NCBI GenBank assembly: GCA_947625645.1 | Contig: CANQPE010000005.1 | Span: 1-61,810 of the forward strand | Length of the DNA stretch: 61,810 bases | From: an uncultured Clostridia bacterium | GTDB lineage: Bacteria > Bacillota > Clostridia > TANB77 > CAG-508 | Direction: 5' to 3' | Shown: positions 41,751 through 52,382 of the stretch, piece after piece | How the letters are laid out: each line of letters starts with the position of its first letter | How positions within the stretch are numbered: the first letter of the stretch is position 1 | Translations under genes and position numbers: made by a program | The notes under the pieces: generated by a model | Database searches by the model: none | Seen by the model: the letters and a program-made list of their open reading frames with translations, nothing else | Told to the model about the DNA's origin: nothing

Positions 41751-44263
41751 TAGATGGTTCTGTTTAAATTACCATTGGTGTAATTGCTTCCTTCGAAGCG
41801 TTTGTGATTTTTTACGGTGTCAACAATATGATTGATTTCTTCAATTGTTTCGTCTAGTATGTCGATACGTACAGAATTAACGGAGAAGTCTTCATAATGA
41901 AGAGAAAGCGTTTTACTATTATAAATTGTGGTTATGGTTTGAATATTGTCTGGGAGTATTCTAAATTCCATTTGCATTCTGTCTTTTAAAGTGTAAGTGT
42001 GAGGAGAAGTACATGGACTTTTACATTCTGGAAAGCATGAATTGGTGTTCCCTAATAGACAATATCGTATATTCATAAGTGGAATTTTGCCATATACAAT
42101 TAATTCTTTTTCTAACATAGAACTATTACATAATTGTAAATAGGTTTGTTTGTCAAGTTCAGGAGAAATGGTATATTTGGTAATTCCCAACGTTTTTAAT
42201 TTGGCTACGGTTTGTGTGTTAAAAACGTTAAGTGTGTAATTCCCAATTAATTCAAATCGGTTTAAATCGATATCAAGTGTTTCAAGTAATTCTAAATTTC
42301 CAATATTAGATAGCACAAATCCTTTTATTGCATATTTTTCTAGTGTTTTATGTATAACCGAAACAAGTAAATTACGGTAATTGACTTTGATAATTGTAGG
42401 AAGATAGATATAGACATGAAAATGTCTGGTTATTTCTTCCAAAATACGGGCATACTCAGGAGATGAGAAGTACTGTAAAGGAACGTAGATATGCTGAATT
42501 GATTTTTGTAAGTTCTGATACTCATATGATGGATTCAGCGTATTTAGCAATACGGAAATAGGGGGATGTTCTATTTTTTTGGTACTTTTTGTCTGCGTAT
42601 CTATTTGTGGGATGACGAATTTTGGTGCCTTTCTCGTTATATTTTCACAAGCAAATGCTTCTACTTTTTGAAGAGCCATACGCCTCAGTTCATTCAGTTT
42701 GGTTTTCGGTAAAAAGATAGCATCATCTAAATCAATTTGAATCAGTTTGAATTGATAGGGAGTGTCATTTGTTTTTGTCATTTGTAAAATGACATTTTCT
42801 GCAAGCAATGGTTGTGTTTTTGCTTCCATGGGAATGCTATCAGGAAGTTCATATTGAATATTCATTTTATGATATATTTTGGGTAACTGAAACGAAGGCG
42901 TTATTCTAATTGAAATTGGTTTCCCTTTTTTTATACAGATTTTAGCGTCTAAATAAATTTTTCGGTTCTCATTGCTATAACTTTTCTTAGCAAACTTAGA
43001 AAGTGCTTTAGAAGAAAGTTTATAAATTTTATCTCCTGACTGGATATTTCCTTTCATTCGGCCAATCGTAACCGTATCTCCTACGTGTGTTTCTTTCACA
43101 TTTTCATTCTTTTGCAAAATTTCGGAAATGGTGTATGTGCCTGTTTCACGTTGCAAAGAAATGGTATCACCTGTTTGAATGGTGTCTTTTAATTTTAACG
43201 TAATATGACCTTTGTTAGGACGATAGTTTTGTACAATTCCTAAGAAAATTCCCATATTGTTAGGCTTTTCTTTATACACTAAGCTTTTATTGGGTGTATC
43301 CTCTAAATGACCATTGGAAAAATTCCCACGGTTAAACACTTGTAATAACATCTTTTCGTCTTCGGAATTAATTTTATAATTTTCAAGGTGACCAGACGCA
43401 ATACATTCTAGTGCTAAGTCAATGTATTTACGGTACAGTTTGGTCACAATGGCAACATATTCACTATTTTTCATTCTGCCTTCAATTTTAAAACTTGTTA
43501 CACCAGCCGTAATGAATTGAGGTAGAAATTGCAAGCCACATAAGTCGCGTGTACTTAATAAATAGCCAGAATCAATTTTCTTGCCATCTTCTAATAGGGA
43601 ATAGGGAAGACGGCAACTTTGTGCACATTTTCCACGGTTACCAGAGCGACCACCAACTAAACTTGAAAAAAGGCATTGGCCAGAGTAAGAAATGCAAAGT
43701 GCTCCATGGACAAAGGTTTCAATTTCAATAGAACTATGTTTACAAATATATGCAATGTCACGTAAAGAAAGTTCACGGGATAAAACGACACGTTTCAATC
43801 CCATTTCTTGTAATTTCAAAACCCCTTCTAAATTATGAATAGACATTTGGGTACTGGAATGAATTGGCAAGTCTGGAAAGGAGTTGATAAGCAAATCTGC
43901 AAACCCTAAATCTTGTACAATAATAGCATCAATTCCAAATTCATAGGCTTGCTTTGCTAAATGAAAAGCTTGTTCTAATTCATTATCTTTTAACAATGTA
44001 TTTAATGTTAAATGCGTTTGAACACCACGTAATTTAGCATAACGAATTGCTTTTTGCAAGGTTTCTGTATCAAAATTATCTGCAAAAGCTCTCGCATTGA
44101 ATGAACTACTACCAAAATATACTGCATCTGCACCGTTCTGGACAGCTGCTTTTAAGGCTTCAAAATTTCCAACAGGGGCTAATAATTCAATCATATTTTT
44201 TACATTCCTTTCATTTTTTTCTATTATATCACAAAATATTACAAAAGTATTACATTTTTCCAA
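41750..44263 (-). CDS. U32 peptidase-family protein, long form (RlhA/TrhP-like RNA hydroxylation); real start probably MIELLAP
   Basis: ELLAPVG, GADAVY, HGALCISYSGQC..S....RSGNRG.CAQ.CR and KIEGRMK motifs. Confidence 0.88.
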   Translation of the reverse strand: MEKCNTFVIFCDIIEKNERNVKNMIELLAPVGNFEALKAAVQNGADAVYFGSSSFNARAFADNFDTETLQKAIRYAKLRGVQTHLTLNTLLKDNELEQAFHLAKQAYEFGIDAIIVQDLGFADLLINSFPDLPIHSSTQMSIHNLEGVLKLQEMGLKRVVLSRELSLRDIAYICKHSSIEIETFVHGALCISYSGQCLFSSLVGGRSGNRGKCAQSCRLPYSLLEDGKKIDSGYLLSTRDLCGLQFLPQFITAGVTSFKIEGRMKNSEYVAIVTKLYRKYIDLALECIASGHLENYKINSEDEKMLLQVFNRGNFSNGHLEDTPNKSLVYKEKPNNMGIFLGIVQNYRPNKGHITLKLKDTIQTGDTISLQRETGTYTISEILQKNENVKETHVGDTVTIGRMKGNIQSGDKIYKLSSKALSKFAKKSYSNENRKIYLDAKICIKKGKPISIRITPSFQLPKIYHKMNIQYELPDSIPMEAKTQPLLAENVILQMTKTNDTPYQFKLIQIDLDDAIFLPKTKLNELRRMALQKVEAFACENITRKAPKFVIPQIDTQTKSTKKIEHPPISVLLNTLNPSYEYQNLQKSIQHIYVPLQYFSSPEYARILEEITRHFHVYIYLPTIIKVNYRNLLVSVIHKTLEKYAIKGFVLSNIGNLELLETLDIDLNRFELIGNYTLNVFNTQTVAKLKTLGITKYTISPELDKQTYLQLCNSSMLEKELIVYGKIPLMNIRYCLLGNTNSCFPECKSPCTSPHTYTLKDRMQMEFRILPDNIQTITTIYNSKTLSLHYEDFSVNSVRIDILDETIEEINHIVDTVKNHKRFEGSNYTNGNLNRTI

Positions 44264-44354
44264 AAAATTCGTTTTTTGTTGACGAAAAAAAATGCGAATG
44301 ATATAATAAAAACGAAAAAAAATACGTTAAAGATAGAAACTTAGGAGGAGACAT

Positions 44355-45866
44355 ATGAAAAAGACAAAATATTTTTGTTTCATTTTATTATTTACATTGC
44401 TTTCATATACCATATTACAAATATATGGTAATCCCTATACATATTCTGTTACACAACAAATTAGCACTGACATTGCAGGAATTGATACATCTGCTTATCC
44501 TGGAATCAAAGAACGCATTCAAGAATTACAAAAAAAATATCCCAATTGGACCTTTAAACTATTGTATACGAATTTGAGTTGGAAAGATGCTATTGCAAAC
44601 GAATATCAAGGACATGGTAGTTCGCCCAAAAACTTAGTAGCCAGTAGCCGTGATTCTAGTTGGATTTGTTCTATTTGCGGAAACCGCGCTTATGACAATG
44701 GAACTTGGAGATGTGCATCTGAATCTGCCATAAGCTATATGATGGATCCTAGAAACATGCTAAATGAAACTAATATTTTTCAATTTGAAGAGTTAACGGG
44801 GGCAACAGCCAATTTAGATACGGTAAAAACAATGACAAATGGAACTTTTTTGCAAGGACATGAGCAAGGCATTGTGAGTACAGCAACCAAACATCAAGTA
44901 AATGCATATTACATTGTAGCACGATTAATCCAAGAACAGGGGAAATCTGGTTCTGTGCTTGTTTCTGGAAAATCTGGGGTTTATAATGCTTTCAATATTG
45001 GAGCATCTGGCTCTTCCAGTGCACAGGTCATTGAAAATGGATTGGCATATGCCAAAAGACAAGGATGGGATACGTTAGAAAAATCAATTGATGGTGGAAT
45101 TGCTTTTGTTGCAAATCAATATATTAAAAAAGGGCAAAATACACTGTATTTTCAAAAATTTAATGTTACAGCTACCGATACATACGCACATCAATATCAA
45201 CAAAATTTAACAGCAGCCCAAACAGAAGGTGAAACGTTAAAAGGAACGTATCAAGCAGTGAATGCTTTAAATTCTGCCCATACATTTATTATTCCACTTT
45301 ATAAGGATATGGGAACGACTGTAACACCTAGACCAGAATCTATTGGAGTTACTTTACCAGGCACTGATTTGGTAAGAATTAATGTAACTAGCAGTTTGAA
45401 ACTTAGAAAATCACCAGAGGACAGTACACTTGTAGCTTGGCTATGGAAAGATGAAATTGTGGCAAGATTAGAGAAAGCTACTACAAAGATAAATGGAACT
45501 TACTGGGACAAAGTTCAAAAAGCCAATGGGCAAGTTGGCTATACGGCAAGAGAAACCTTTGATTATGAAAGCAACTATAAATTGTATTTAGTACCTGTCA
45601 ATTCAGAAACAAACGGAGGAACAGAAACACCACCTCCAGCTTCTAATCCAAATGAAAAAAAGCAATATAACTTAGGGGATTGTAATGGAGATAGTGCTAT
45701 CAATTCAGGAGATTTATTAGCTGTTCGAAAGCATTTAATTGGAACAGCAGTTGCTACAGATGAAGCAGTCTTGAAGGCAATGGATGTGAATAAAGATGGA
45801 ACGGTAAATTCCGGAGATTTATTGTTAATTCGAAAACATTTATTAGGAACGTATGTCATAAAATAA
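44355..45866 (+). CDS. Secreted peptidoglycan hydrolase (glucosaminidase-like) with SH3-like and C-terminal dockerin domains
   Basis: YMMDPRN, YNAFNIGA, GQNTLYFQKFNV and HQYQQN motifs; GDCNGDSAINSGD/DVNKDGTVNSGD repeats. Confidence 0.8.
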   Translation: MKKTKYFCFILLFTLLSYTILQIYGNPYTYSVTQQISTDIAGIDTSAYPGIKERIQELQKKYPNWTFKLLYTNLSWKDAIANEYQGHGSSPKNLVASSRDSSWICSICGNRAYDNGTWRCASESAISYMMDPRNMLNETNIFQFEELTGATANLDTVKTMTNGTFLQGHEQGIVSTATKHQVNAYYIVARLIQEQGKSGSVLVSGKSGVYNAFNIGASGSSSAQVIENGLAYAKRQGWDTLEKSIDGGIAFVANQYIKKGQNTLYFQKFNVTATDTYAHQYQQNLTAAQTEGETLKGTYQAVNALNSAHTFIIPLYKDMGTTVTPRPESIGVTLPGTDLVRINVTSSLKLRKSPEDSTLVAWLWKDEIVARLEKATTKINGTYWDKVQKANGQVGYTARETFDYESNYKLYLVPVNSETNGGTETPPPASNPNEKKQYNLGDCNGDSAINSGDLLAVRKHLIGTAVATDEAVLKAMDVNKDGTVNSGDLLLIRKHLLGTYVIK

Positions 45867-45877
45867 TATCAGGAAAG

Positions 45878-47365
45878 GTGGAAGAATCCATGAAAAAAAT
45901 AAGAAATATATTAATACTCATTACGTTTTATATCTTAATGGTATTTCATTGCTCGGAAGTACAGGCAGCCTCAGCAACAATTTCAGCAAATAAAACATCT
46001 GCAACAGTTGGTGAAACAGTTACAATTACGGTCTCCGTGAATGCTGCAGCTTGGAATATTCACGTAACAGGCGCAGCAACTGGTACATTTGCAGATTCTA
46101 CTGATGATGCAGAAAATACGTCATTTACGAAACAAGTAACCTTTACACCATCAGCTCCTGGAAATTACACTGTCAATATGAGTGGAGATGTTTCAGAAGG
46201 AAGCAACAATCAAACGAAACCAATTACTGGAAGTGTAGCAATTGCAGTGAAAGAAAAACCGGCAACATCGACCAACAGTACTCCAACTAACACAAATACT
46301 AACACCAATACACCAGATACACCTGCTGCCCCTGCAACTACAAAAGAGCCAGAAACACCAAAAAAATCAAACAATGCAAAACTTTCTAATCTAGGGTTTA
46401 CACCAAATGACTTTAAAGGCTTTACTGCAAATAAAACATCTTATTCAGCTACAGTGCCTAATTCTGTTTCAAGTATAGAAATATATGCCAAAAAAGGGCA
46501 AAGTGGGCAAACCATTTCAGGAACAGGGAAAAAGACGTTACAAGAAGGTACGAATCAATTTAGTGTAACAGTTACAGCAGAAGATGGAACTACTAAAAGT
46601 ACATATACGCTATCTATTACACGTGAGGCAGCAACTGCACAAGAAGAAAATACAACAGAAAATGAAACGACAAGTGAAAATACCACTGATACGAATACAG
46701 TAGCAGAATCAACGACAAATGACAAAGATGATGAGACGAAATTGACAGTTGGTTTAAGTAATTTGTCAATTACGGGAGTAACCTTATCTCCAACATTTCA
46801 AAAAGATGTCTATGAATATACCGCAAAGTTAATAGGCGATAAAACGATGTTAGATATTAATACAACTGCCATTGATGAAGGACAAACAATAGAAATTGTG
46901 GGAAATGAAGATTTACAAGAAGGCGAAAATATTATTACCATTATGGTAACAGATGAAAAGGAAGAGAAAACAGCAACGTATCAAATTACAGTCAATAAAA
47001 GTTTAGTTGATGAAGAAGCCATTGCTAAGGAAAGGGAGAAAGAAGAACAGGAAAAACGACAGAATATGACAATTCTTGCCGTTATTGTGGGAGCGATTGT
47101 TATTGTTAGTCTCATTTTAATTGTTCGATATATTCGTTATCGAAGAGAAGGAGATTATGAGGATGACGACTATGATGATGCATATTTCGAAGATGAAGAA
47201 GATGAACAGCCAGAATTTGTTGAGAAAGAGAAAGAAGAACCAGAAATAGAATTGCCAAAGCGTAAAAAAGAAAAAATTCAAGAAATAACCGAAATGCAAG
47301 AATTTGATGATATAGAAGAAAGAATACGAAAAAACAAATCAAAAGGAAAACGTTTTAAAGATTAA
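45878..47365 (+). CDS. Membrane-anchored surface protein with cadherin-like beta-sandwich domains and a possible cohesin-like N-domain
   Basis: SNNAKLSNL, VTVTAEDGTT..Y and LSPTFQKDVYEY repeats; C-terminal TM and acidic tail. Confidence 0.7.
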   Translation: MEESMKKIRNILILITFYILMVFHCSEVQAASATISANKTSATVGETVTITVSVNAAAWNIHVTGAATGTFADSTDDAENTSFTKQVTFTPSAPGNYTVNMSGDVSEGSNNQTKPITGSVAIAVKEKPATSTNSTPTNTNTNTNTPDTPAAPATTKEPETPKKSNNAKLSNLGFTPNDFKGFTANKTSYSATVPNSVSSIEIYAKKGQSGQTISGTGKKTLQEGTNQFSVTVTAEDGTTKSTYTLSITREAATAQEENTTENETTSENTTDTNTVAESTTNDKDDETKLTVGLSNLSITGVTLSPTFQKDVYEYTAKLIGDKTMLDINTTAIDEGQTIEIVGNEDLQEGENIITIMVTDEKEEKTATYQITVNKSLVDEEAIAKEREKEEQEKRQNMTILAVIVGAIVIVSLILIVRYIRYRREGDYEDDDYDDAYFEDEEDEQPEFVEKEKEEPEIELPKRKKEKIQEITEMQEFDDIEERIRKNKSKGKRFKD

Positions 47366-47513
47366 AAAAATAAACGCGAAGTTTAAACTGTTTTGAACAT
47401 TTTAAGATTCGCGTTTTTTTGAGTTCTAGGAAATAGTATAGGCAAAAACGTTTTGATGATATTAAGAACAAATTTTAAAAAATGGCATATGATACCTAAA
47501 AGGAGGTTATACT

Positions 47514-48044
47514 ATGTATCATGAAACATATGAAGAATACATAAGAAGCATTTTAGGGTATCCTTCGCAGCCAATGGCAAATATGATGCCAAATAATTAT
47601 ATGATGAATCCTACCATGTCAATGAATTCACAATTGGAAAATTATTATCCTGAAGTGTATAAAGTACTATATCCTATGGTTAGGAAAATATGTATGAATT
47701 CAGGTCAAAACTTAACACGAGAACAAATTGAAAATATGACAGATGAAATTTATACTGCCTTTGAAAATGCAGAAAATAGAGGGGCAGATACAGAGGAAAA
47801 TGCAAAAACAACAGAAAAACAAGAAAATAGGGAAGAAGACCGAAATATCAGAAATAATCCATTAACCAGAGATTTGATTAAAATTTTAATTTTGCGAGAA
47901 TTACTAGGAAACTCTCGACCACCAATGCGACCACCAAGACCAGGAGGACCAAACCCAAGACCACCATTTGGTCCAGGATTCCCAGGAGGAACAAGACCAC
48001 CTATGATGCCTAGAAGCGACTATTACCCAGATTTATATGAATAA
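47514..48044 (+). CDS. Hypothetical Pro-rich protein, probably spore-associated
   Basis: YPEVY..LYPMV and RDLIKILILREL motifs; upstream AC-N16-CATATGAT (47468-47493). Confidence 0.55.
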   Translation: MYHETYEEYIRSILGYPSQPMANMMPNNYMMNPTMSMNSQLENYYPEVYKVLYPMVRKICMNSGQNLTREQIENMTDEIYTAFENAENRGADTEENAKTTEKQENREEDRNIRNNPLTRDLIKILILRELLGNSRPPMRPPRPGGPNPRPPFGPGFPGGTRPPMMPRSDYYPDLYE

Positions 48045-48272
48045 CGAGAAAGAGATCATACCATAGCCAATTCTATAATACGACCTCCTTCTGTATCGTA
48101 TGTGCACTGCACACAGAAACAATACAATATGTAACATAAATAGTATACCACTTCACTTTGGGAAAGTCAATTTATTTTTTCAAAATTTTCCAAATTTTCT
48201 AAATAAACGACAACATAAATTTCAAAAATTCGTCAAAAATAAAAATGAGAATTTTTGAAAGGATGATGAATT

Positions 48273-48722
48273 ATGAAAGTAAAAGATTGTATGTGTAATG
48301 ATGTATGTTGTGTAAAGCCAGAAACATCAGTAAGTGACGTGGCAAAATTAATGAGCCAATATCATATCGGTTCTATTCCAATATGTGATAACCAAAATTG
48401 CATATGCGGAATTGTAACAGATAGAGACATTTTATTACGAACTGTTGCTTGCAATAAAAATGCCAATACAACACCAGTCAGTGAAGTTATGACAACAAAT
48501 GTATGGACTTGTACGCAAAATGATGAAGTACGACAAGCACAAAATCAAATGTCACAAAAACAAATTAGAAGATTGCCAGTATGTGATGATAACAACCATG
48601 TTATAGGAATTTTGACAATAGGAGACTTATGCCAAAATGAACAACAAATTGGGACACAAGAAGTAGGTCAAACCATAGGAAATATATGTGATTGCAATCA
48701 AACACAACAAAATGCGCAATAG
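48273..48722 (+). CDS. CBS-domain protein (YhcV-like)
   Basis: GIVTDRDI, VSEVMT and QIRRLPV motifs. Confidence 0.88.
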   Translation: MKVKDCMCNDVCCVKPETSVSDVAKLMSQYHIGSIPICDNQNCICGIVTDRDILLRTVACNKNANTTPVSEVMTTNVWTCTQNDEVRQAQNQMSQKQIRRLPVCDDNNHVIGILTIGDLCQNEQQIGTQEVGQTIGNICDCNQTQQNAQ

Positions 48723-48793
48723 AAAAATCAGAAACTAAAAAAGGCGGATATTTCTGCCTTTTTTTGCATATATTAAAAAAGAGGAGAAGATAT

Positions 48794-49891
48794 ATGATTA
48801 TCGATATGTCATATTGGACAAGAGTGTTCAACCGAATTTTATATGTTGTTTTTATCTTACTTGGACTTGTAGTTGCACTAAAATTATCTGTATTTTACTT
48901 ACCCTTTCTCATTGCTTTTATTATTTATTTAATGATGGAGCCTGCCATCAAATGGATTATGAGAAAAACAAATGCCACCAGAAAAACAAGCTCAATTATT
49001 ATATTTTTATTGGTTTCACTTATCATATTAGGAGGCTTAACATGGGCTATTTTTACTCTTTTTTCAGAAGCATCTAATTTATTACAAGAATTAAACACAT
49101 ATATAGAAAAAGCCTATGCTTTATTCCAAAACTTGCTTCAAAATGCAGATTTTGGGAAAATAAAATTGCCAGACGAAATACAAACCATATTGCAAAATTC
49201 AACAGGAGATATTTTAGGCACGGTATCGCAATGGATACGTAATTTTTTAAATGGATTAATTGATGTTGTAACTTCCATTCCGACGATTGCGATTTATTTT
49301 TCTATTACTGTGATTGCCCTTTATTTCATTTGTGTCGATAAAATATACATCCTTGATCAAATCGAACATCATTTACCCAAAACATGGGTCATGCGAGTAG
49401 GAAAACACTTACGCGATTTAACTAAAACATTAGGCGGGTACTTAAAAGCAGAAGCAACGCTTGTTTTTGTTTCTTTTATCATTTCTTTAATTGGGCTATA
49501 CATTTTAAAATTTACAGGATTTGCTATAGAATTTCCATTGCTCATTGCCATTGGAATTGGGTTTGTAGATGCCTTACCTATTTTAGGGTCTGGAACGGTT
49601 ATGATACCATGGGCTATCATATGTGCCATTAATGGCGACTTACGCTTAGGTATTGCCATTATCATTTTATTTATTATCATGTCTATTGTTAGACAATTTT
49701 TAGAACCACGAATTGTCAGCAAAAATATAGGGGTACATCCGCTTTTTACGTTAATTGCTATGTACACAGGATTTCGATTTTTAGGAATTTTGGGAATGTT
49801 AATTGGACCAATCATATTCATTATTTTAAAAAACATATTTGCTACTTTCATTGATGGCGGTGTGATGAAAACAATTTTTGACAGAAGATGA
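48794..49891 (+). CDS. ytvI: Sporulation integral membrane protein YtvI (AI-2E family)
   Basis: PFLIA, VDALPILGSG...PW and RQFLEPRIV..IG.HPL motifs; GAGGAG upstream of ATG 48794. Confidence 0.85.
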   Translation: MIIDMSYWTRVFNRILYVVFILLGLVVALKLSVFYLPFLIAFIIYLMMEPAIKWIMRKTNATRKTSSIIIFLLVSLIILGGLTWAIFTLFSEASNLLQELNTYIEKAYALFQNLLQNADFGKIKLPDEIQTILQNSTGDILGTVSQWIRNFLNGLIDVVTSIPTIAIYFSITVIALYFICVDKIYILDQIEHHLPKTWVMRVGKHLRDLTKTLGGYLKAEATLVFVSFIISLIGLYILKFTGFAIEFPLLIAIGIGFVDALPILGSGTVMIPWAIICAINGDLRLGIAIIILFIIMSIVRQFLEPRIVSKNIGVHPLFTLIAMYTGFRFLGILGMLIGPIIFIILKNIFATFIDGGVMKTIFDRR

Positions 49892-49896
49892 ACAAA

Positions 49897-49965
49897 TAGG
49901 AACAAACAGGGACGTTTCTTTTTTGTCCCTCAGGGACAAAAAAGAAACGTCCCTGTTTGTTCCTA
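49897..49965. repeat. REP-like long palindrome, copy 4 (34-bp arms)
   Basis: TAGGAACAAACAGGGACGTTTCTTTTTTGTCCCT-C-reverse complement; between convergent ytvI and guaA. Confidence 0.95.
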
Positions 49966-49979
49966 CTTGTTCCATTGTT

Positions 49980-51524
49980 CTACTCCCATTCAATGGTTGC
50001 TGGGGGCTTTGAGGTTATGTCATACACAACACGGTTGACATGATTTACTTCATTGACAATTCTAGAGGATACGGTTTCTAGAATTTCATACGGAATTTTA
50101 CTCCAAACACCAGTCATAAAGTCAGTGGTTTCTACAGCACGTAGTGCAATGGTATAGTCATAGGTTCTTTCGTCTCCCATGACTCCAACAGATTTTAAAT
50201 TGGTTAACACGGCAAAATATTGATTGATAGATTTATGCAATCCTGCTTTTGCAATTTCTTCTCTAAAAATAGCATCCGCTTCTTTTAAAATAGATAACTT
50301 ATCAGATGTGATTTCTCCTATGACACGGATGGCAAGACCTGGTCCTGGGAAAGGTTGCCTAAAAACTAAGTTTTCTGGAATTCCCAATTCTAAACCAGTT
50401 TTACGAACTTCATCTTTAAATAGATTTCTCAAAGGTTCTACAATTTCTTTAAAGTCCACATAGTCAGGTAACCCTCCTACATTGTGGTGACTTTTTATGA
50501 CAGAACTTTTTCCTAATCCACTTTCAATGACATCGGGGTAAATGGTGCCTTGTACCAAAAAGTCAACAGTTCCAATTTTTTTAGCTTCTTCTTCAAAAAC
50601 ACGAATAAATTCTTCACCAATTATTTTTCTTTTCTTTTCAGGGTCTGTTACGCCAGCAAGTTTTGATAAAAATCTCTCTTGACAATTGACACGAATTAAG
50701 TTGATATCAAACTGTTCTCTAAAAACACGTTCTACTTCATCTCCTTCATTTTTACGTAAAAGCCCATGATCTAAGAAAATGCAGGTTAAGTTTTTTCCAA
50801 CTGCTTTGTGCACTAAAACTGCTGCCACAGAAGAGTCAACACCTCCAGATAATGCACACAACACTTTTTTATCTCCAATTTTCTCTTTTAGTTTTTTGAC
50901 ATTCTCTTCTACAAAAGATGACATTGTCCAATCACCAGAACAATGGCAGATGTTATACAAGAAATTTTGAATCACAAGTGTTCCATTGACAGAGTGAATT
51001 ACTTCTGGATGGAATTGAATTCCATAGAGTTGTTTTTCAGCATTTTCAATTGCAGCGTTTGGACAAGATGCGGTATGTCCAATATTTTTAAAGCCTGGTG
51101 CTAGTGTTTCAACATAGTCGGTATGACTCATTAAGAAACCATTTTGTTTTTCAAACCCTTGAAATAGGGGAGAAGTATTATCAATTTGAACATCAATTGT
51201 TCCATATTCTCTTTTGGTTGGTCTGGCAACAGTTCCTCCCAAAATTTGGCTCATTAATTGCATTCCATAACATATGCCTAAAATAGGAATTCCTAAAGAA
51301 AAAATAGCTTCATCACATTTTGGCGCATTTTCTCCGTACACACTAGCAGGACCACCTGTAAAAATAATTCCTTTTGGATTTTTTTCTTTGATTTTTTCTA
51401 AAGAAATATCAAAAGGAACTACTTCTGAGTATACATGACATTCACGCACTCTACGAGCAATGAGTTGATTATATTGTCCACCGAAATCTAAAATTAAAAT
51501 GACTTCATTGTTTTTCATATCCAT
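49980..51524 (-). CDS. guaA: GMP synthase (glutamine-hydrolysing)
   Basis: [28 protein letters not shown] and KPPATIEWE motifs. Confidence 0.99.
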   Translation of the reverse strand: MDMKNNEVILILDFGGQYNQLIARRVRECHVYSEVVPFDISLEKIKEKNPKGIIFTGGPASVYGENAPKCDEAIFSLGIPILGICYGMQLMSQILGGTVARPTKREYGTIDVQIDNTSPLFQGFEKQNGFLMSHTDYVETLAPGFKNIGHTASCPNAAIENAEKQLYGIQFHPEVIHSVNGTLVIQNFLYNICHCSGDWTMSSFVEENVKKLKEKIGDKKVLCALSGGVDSSVAAVLVHKAVGKNLTCIFLDHGLLRKNEGDEVERVFREQFDINLIRVNCQERFLSKLAGVTDPEKKRKIIGEEFIRVFEEEAKKIGTVDFLVQGTIYPDVIESGLGKSSVIKSHHNVGGLPDYVDFKEIVEPLRNLFKDEVRKTGLELGIPENLVFRQPFPGPGLAIRVIGEITSDKLSILKEADAIFREEIAKAGLHKSINQYFAVLTNLKSVGVMGDERTYDYTIALRAVETTDFMTGVWSKIPYEILETVSSRIVNEVNHVNRVVYDITSKPPATIEWE

Positions 51525-51591
51525 TTACCTCCCTTTATTATAGGTAAATTTTAGCATATTTTGTCGCAAAAGTAAATGGATTTGTTAAAAT

Positions 51592-52134
51592 TCATACAAT
51601 TCCGCTTGTGGGAATATAGCTTTCGTCAGGGGGATATACCAATTCTTCATTTGGCTGATTGGTACGTTGTATATTCATAATGTTAACGACAGGGATGTCA
51701 CCATGATAATCTCCTTTTGTAATTTCCCCAGTTATTTTAACCCAAGCCCCATCTTCAAAATCTTTTGCTTTATGATATTCACAAAGAAAGCCAACCACAA
51801 CAGTTTGAAAATCAGAAGAAATAACCATATCTCTAGCTAGCACAAACTGCGTATCTGTAAAATCTGATAAACGATACATATACCCAGTAAACTGAAATTT
51901 TACACCGAGGTAGCTATCAATATCATCATGAACTGCTTTTAAAACATTGGTATAATTTCTAGGAGAAATTTCTGAAATCTCACTTTGAGGCATACAACTT
52001 GCACTCTCTTGACTGGCACCACCAAAAACTTTAAAGGTAACAAAACACGAAATACAAATAATGAGGACAACAACACCAGAGAAAAACATTTTAAAAACTT
52101 TACTTCCATTAATCTTTACATGATAAACAAACAT
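51592..52134 (-). CDS. Membrane-anchored protein, TIGR03943/DUF1980 C-terminal-like
   Basis: N-terminal TM; FTGYMY, FVLAR and WVKITG motifs. Confidence 0.5.
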   Translation of the reverse strand: MFVYHVKINGSKVFKMFFSGVVVLIICISCFVTFKVFGGASQESASCMPQSEISEISPRNYTNVLKAVHDDIDSYLGVKFQFTGYMYRLSDFTDTQFVLARDMVISSDFQTVVVGFLCEYHKAKDFEDGAWVKITGEITKGDYHGDIPVVNIMNIQRTNQPNEELVYPPDESYIPTSGIV

Positions 52135-52382
52135 ACCAAACGCCTCATTTCTTACAAATCATTTTATTAAAGCATATGCAAGCACTAGAAAAATATGTTA
52201 CGCTGGATAAATATTTGCACTGACAGGCATTTTGCAAAAGAAAATTATGAAAAAGTATTGAAAAAAAATCTGTTTCATGATATAGTTTACTGAGTAAATT
52301 TAGATAACTTAGGAAGAGGTAAGGTTGAAAAAGAAGGTCTTTTTCAACTGGATTTGTGACTTAAGAAAGGAATGATAAAAAA

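Noticed and set aside
49966-50000. Island integrated at the guaA 3' end, a common hotspot
   Set aside because: There is no integrase or duplicated guaA tail; only the palindrome separates guaA from ytvI.
51525-51591. Purine riboswitch upstream of guaA
   Set aside because: The intergenic gap is only 67 bp and shows no recognisable aptamer or terminator.
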